This document shows positions 40,499-64,000 of a DNA stretch of 64,000 bases, in pieces. Source of the stretch: Amoebidium appalachense (taxonomy: Eukaryota; Protista; Ichthyosporea); assembly GCA_963693365.1 (NCBI GenBank), contig CAVNZM010000008.1:10441172-10505171 (forward strand), written 5' to 3'. Below the pieces are notes generated by a model. The model saw nothing but the letters and a program-made list of their open reading frames with translations, searched no databases and was not told where the DNA came from. The first letter of the stretch is position 1, and each line of letters starts with the position of its first letter. The position numbers and the translations under genes are program-made.

Positions 40499-42237
40499 CC
40501 CTTCCTTTTCGTCGTGTTTGTGTGAGACACTATGCAACTAGCAAGATGAGTGGTTTTGAAAGCTCTGCTTTGTATGCTTGTGTGTTTTTCTTATCTACAT
40601 GAAGATATGCATATATTTACTGTTGTCCTTAGTATAGCAGCTACGTTATTTGAAGCGATATTTGCAGGTAACTGAGAATCGGAATGCTGAGTGGGTTATA
40701 CATTTTCAAAGGTTTCTTTTTTCAGTAGGCTAGGTGAAGGGCATGCAGAAGATTTCTTGACCTAAATTTTTCTATTTGGCCCCCATGTACAGAACATGCA
40801 AGTTGAAACATAGCTCACCCTACTTGCGAAACCACTGAATCAACTAAAACAGCATTACGTTTCTTACTAGTTCTCGTTTTGTTTTGGATTCTTTGTTTTA
40901 CCCATCTCCTGTTTCCTTTTCCTTTTCTGTGTGGGTGTTTTGTATAATGATTTGCCCTTTTGACTGACTTCGAACATAGATGTGTAGTATAAAGGGGGGT
41001 AACGGGTTTATCTGTCTACATTTAGAGCATATACAGTTGACACAAAAAACACCACCACCCACTTTCGTATGCGTCACCCTTGTGTGCATACACTTATACA
41101 CACACGTATCAACACCCGATTTGTTTTATGTGACAAGCTAACGAGGTATATTTTCGCGTGATTCGTCCTTCTCACAGAGAAACACCAATCGAATACAGGT
41201 ACTAGCGCATGCACACCCAATCAAAAGACCTGTTTAAATTCCCATTAAAATACACAACACAGTACTAAAACAGTATTCCAGTATCATATTGCATGGGGAG
41301 TAGGTGTTTGCCACGCAGGGAGTAGTGTATGAATCCGTGGCCCGCATTGAATGTTGTGCGTTGGCTGGGTGGCATGAGCGGATCGGGTATCTGCGGCCCC
41401 CACCTCATTGACTTGCTGTCAATGAATCATGGTGTTCTTTACCTCTTGTCGTTCATTTATCAACACCCCCCCCTCCCCCTCCGCCCGCCCGCCCACTGGA
41501 CCACCCATGCATTCATGGCCACGGGATGGGAGATAGATGTGTCATGATGTTGCGTGTGTGGGTTTACTGAGGGGTTTTGTAGAGAATCCCCTCCTCAACC
41601 CCTCCCCCATACACACACACCCACCCTAACACCATCATCATGATGATTTCCCCCTAAATATCCTGCAGTATTTACACACCCAAACAGACATCCGCCCCTC
41701 ATCATGCCACGTGTAGCCAGGGGTCCGGCCCAGGGTTGTACGTGTGTGCAGTGAGCGTGCCTGCGCGCGCGTGCCACGTACGCGTGCCACTGGGTGGTGA
41801 GTGGCATGCACGTCACCGTGTGTGTGTGTGCCGGGGAGGGAGGGGGGGGGGGGGCTGTGTCACTCGCTTATGATCACTGATCATGACTGGGTGGATGAGC
41901 TGTGGGGCACTGGTAGTGTGGATCACGGTGATGGTGGTGGTACGTGTGGCTGGTTGGTTTGCAATTCGATTTGGTATCGGTTTCAAAGGATATTTTTCGG
42001 TGGGTGGGTTGGTGAAGAGGGGGAGGGGGGGGGGGGGGGGGAGGGGGCCAAGGGGAGGGAGGGAGTAGGGCCGGGGGGACATGCATATATGTATGGTGTA
42101 AAAACAAACATAGCTATATATCGCGTGAATAGGTCAATGACATACCGTCGCATATTTCATTCTATTATCTTATAAAACTTGACCAGTAACCGGTCTGGTG
42201 ACGTTCTGAAGGATCACTCGACGTACTATGCTGGCGA

Positions 42238-42268
<31 letters not shown>

Positions 42269-42549
42269 AGCTCCCTCCCCCTAAACCCTAAAAGGTAATA
42301 CAATTGCAGGTGCAGTTATGTATTGTTCTTTTTGCACTGGCTTGTGATGATACCCCCCACCTCTCTAACACACCCTCGTGCAGCCCGGGAACAACCGTGC
42401 ATCAAATATTTGAAAATTAACGGAGAGTCACAACCCAACCGGCGGACCTTAAAAAAAAAAAAAAAAAAGGAAGCATGTGCTACAATTTGACATCAACCGG
42501 TCAACCAAGCAGTCCCATAACTGTTTTGAAATGAGCACACCCACGCAAG

Positions 42550-45526
<2,977 letters not shown>

Positions 45527-46037
45527 TTACAAGTTGCCACAGATTGCATGCGGAGTGTCCAAGCAAACACAGCTGGAACTCAAAATGACGGGAAATACCC
45601 AAAATCCCGAGGCAAATACCTAAAAACACGAGGTGAATACACGTGTTTGTCACAGCTGTATGTTCTATTTTGTATATATGTTTTCACCGCTCACCGGCAC
45701 ACTCTCTCTCTGTGTGACGCTCTTGTCACTTTTGCCCCAAACTTTATCAGATGTGGTGCAGGCTCAACCAATCAATAGGCACAGGTTCACAAAAATTCCA
45801 AAATTCCAAGACCACTCCTCGGAAGTGACCATTATTCGAACATAGCATGCTTAGATTTTTTCGATTATATATATCGATCAACTATTGGATCCTTGTTAAT
45901 CGAAACTGTTTTCATGATATATATGGGATATCCTCCAACATATCACATAGTCACACATGACTCAGTTCAGTTTTCTATCATAGGTTTTTGCTGCCGTCAA
46001 AGCTCTTCTAGGTAGATTGTGGAAGAATTGTGGAAAA
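45527..46037. promoter_or_regulatory. Head-to-head intergenic region (511 bp), candidate bidirectional promoter
   Basis: Divergent ATGs at 45526 (minus) and 46038 (plus); no long repeats; CCAATC near 45768. Confidence 0.55.
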
Positions 46038-57096
<11,059 letters not shown>

Positions 57097-57346
57097 ATAT
57101 CCTAATATGACCGGGTGCATAATATCTCCGTACTCGAGATACAATCCAAGCTAGATCTAAATTACATTGCTCGACGGTAATACTTGGGTGGTTAGAACGA
57201 GAATTTCGGGTAGGATTGCCGGCCCTCGCCATTGCTTGTCATCTTAAAGCATGTGTGCGGTTTTGTGTAAAGGGTGTAATTCTGTAGGCTTGCACATGGG
57301 TGCATTTTTGTGTTAAATAAGAGAGTGAGGGCCGGAGGGGAGCCGC

Positions 57347-57382
<36 letters not shown>

Positions 57383-57702
57383 AGGGGGGCTTTATGCAGA
57401 TGCATTTATTTATTGGTGTTTTTTTTTGCTTATTTTGAACTCGAACTTCATTTCTAAGTAGAATACAACATGAGCGGTCCATTCATTCGCCAAACGAATG
57501 ACACCAAAAATACACGACATTTTTGTGAAAATGCATAGCCAGTTTAAAAACCTTGAGCAATCATTCAACTATGAAAGGTGACCATTAAAAAAAAAAAAAC
57601 CTAAAGGGCAGTGTGTTGCCCGTTGGGCACAGTAAAAATACAAAGCAGAAGTGACCTAACCGGTTTAAAAAATGCGCATCACAACACATCATTCGTAGAA
57701 AA

Positions 57703-57733
<31 letters not shown>

Positions 57734-57759
57734 ACCTCCCCCCCCTGTGCAAAAAAAAG

Positions 57760-57797
<38 letters not shown>

Positions 57798-58016
57798 CAC
57801 ACACACACACACACATGCACACACATGCACGCACGCACACACACAACCCACACCCTCGCCCCTACCTACCCACCCACACTTGGGAAAATGCCAGCCACAA
57901 AAACATACACACACAGGACCACAACCACGACCTAACAAACATACCCGCCTTAATACCCCTATGACCACAACCATCCCCACCACACGTCACATACAACACC
58001 ACTCTCAAACTACAAT

Positions 58017-63277
<5,261 letters not shown>

Positions 63278-63819
63278 CTTGTTAAGTTATCCGGCTTATT
63301 ACGAGTTCGTTTGAGCATTCGTTGTTTGTACTTCCCGTGTCTACAACACAAAACGTAAAGTTGTTGAAACTAGACAGCAAGCCATCGACCAGAAAAGATG
63401 CTGCTAAAACTACACCAGCCAAACGCAACCACCAAACTCTCAGGGGTTCTGGTGCGGAAGCTATAAACCTTCGAACCAGTATCTTAGTTTTGACGCTTTA
63501 AAAAAAAAAACGCATGCAGCGGAAACGAGATAGTGGTTTAGAAGTTGTGAGTTGCGAAGTCCAGAGATCCAAGCCGGGTGTGCTTGCTAAAAGGAAGGTT
63601 CGAAGCGTAAATATGAGACCCGTTATGGTCACTTCTTGACGATTATGTGTCCGGCTCTCTTTCTGCGTGCACCTCGTTCAAAACAGCACGCCCACTCACA
63701 TAAGGCCCTCTTGTGTCCTCAAAGTATCATAGGCATTAACGTCATCATCATCTATACATCTTAAAAATTCTACCACACTGTACAAGCTATTCGAATTTTC
63801 CTGTTCATGTTTCTGCACG

Positions 63820-63960
63820 TGAACAACGGATAACACGATGGGGCGGAGGGGAAGGGGGGGGGGGGAAGGAGAGGAATGTGTCGTGGAGAACGAAGGTGAA
63901 GTACACGTGCTTTCGATCATAAGGGACAACACGATGCACAGTGCAAACCACACAAAGAGC
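63820..63960 (-). repeat. Family A, degenerate fragments
   Basis: Plus strand AACGGATAACACGATG and ACAACACGATGCACAGTGCAAACCACACAAAGAG match copy 1. Confidence 0.6.
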
Positions 63961-64000
63961 CGGGAATAGCACCGATAAGCAAGAAGGGCGAACGGGGGGC

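Noticed and set aside
42279-42293. Telomere-like CCCTAAACCCTAAA
   Set aside because: Only two units; expected by chance.

Overview
This is eukaryotic, intron-rich genomic DNA. The introns are packed with (CA)n, (GA)n and poly-G/poly-C tracts, so most ORF-track entries are artefacts. Gene content suggests a non-vertebrate eukaryote, possibly a unicellular holozoan (inference only). By hand-splicing exons and checking phases I reconstructed seven host genes: a secreted transferrin-like protein (minus, runs off the left edge), a GATA zinc-finger protein, an HMG-box protein, class I eIF4E, a bacterial-type SAM methyltransferase with a predicted mitochondrial presequence, CHID1 (GH18-like) and a DUF2045/KIAA0930-like protein. 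The most striking structure is a 5.4-kb DNA-transposon-like element (7665-13095). It has 25-bp GG-terminal TIRs, a perfect 8-bp TSD and a subterminal repeat array. It shows no visible transposase but carries a spliced CXC / Myb-like / Zn-ribbon cargo gene. Other signals are an intronic repeat family lying sense to every host gene I could assign, a related repeat with a structure-conserving GNRA hairpin, poly-C tracts right after weak 5' splice sites, and clustered intron lengths. Homopolymer lengths are probably unreliable. No database searches were run.
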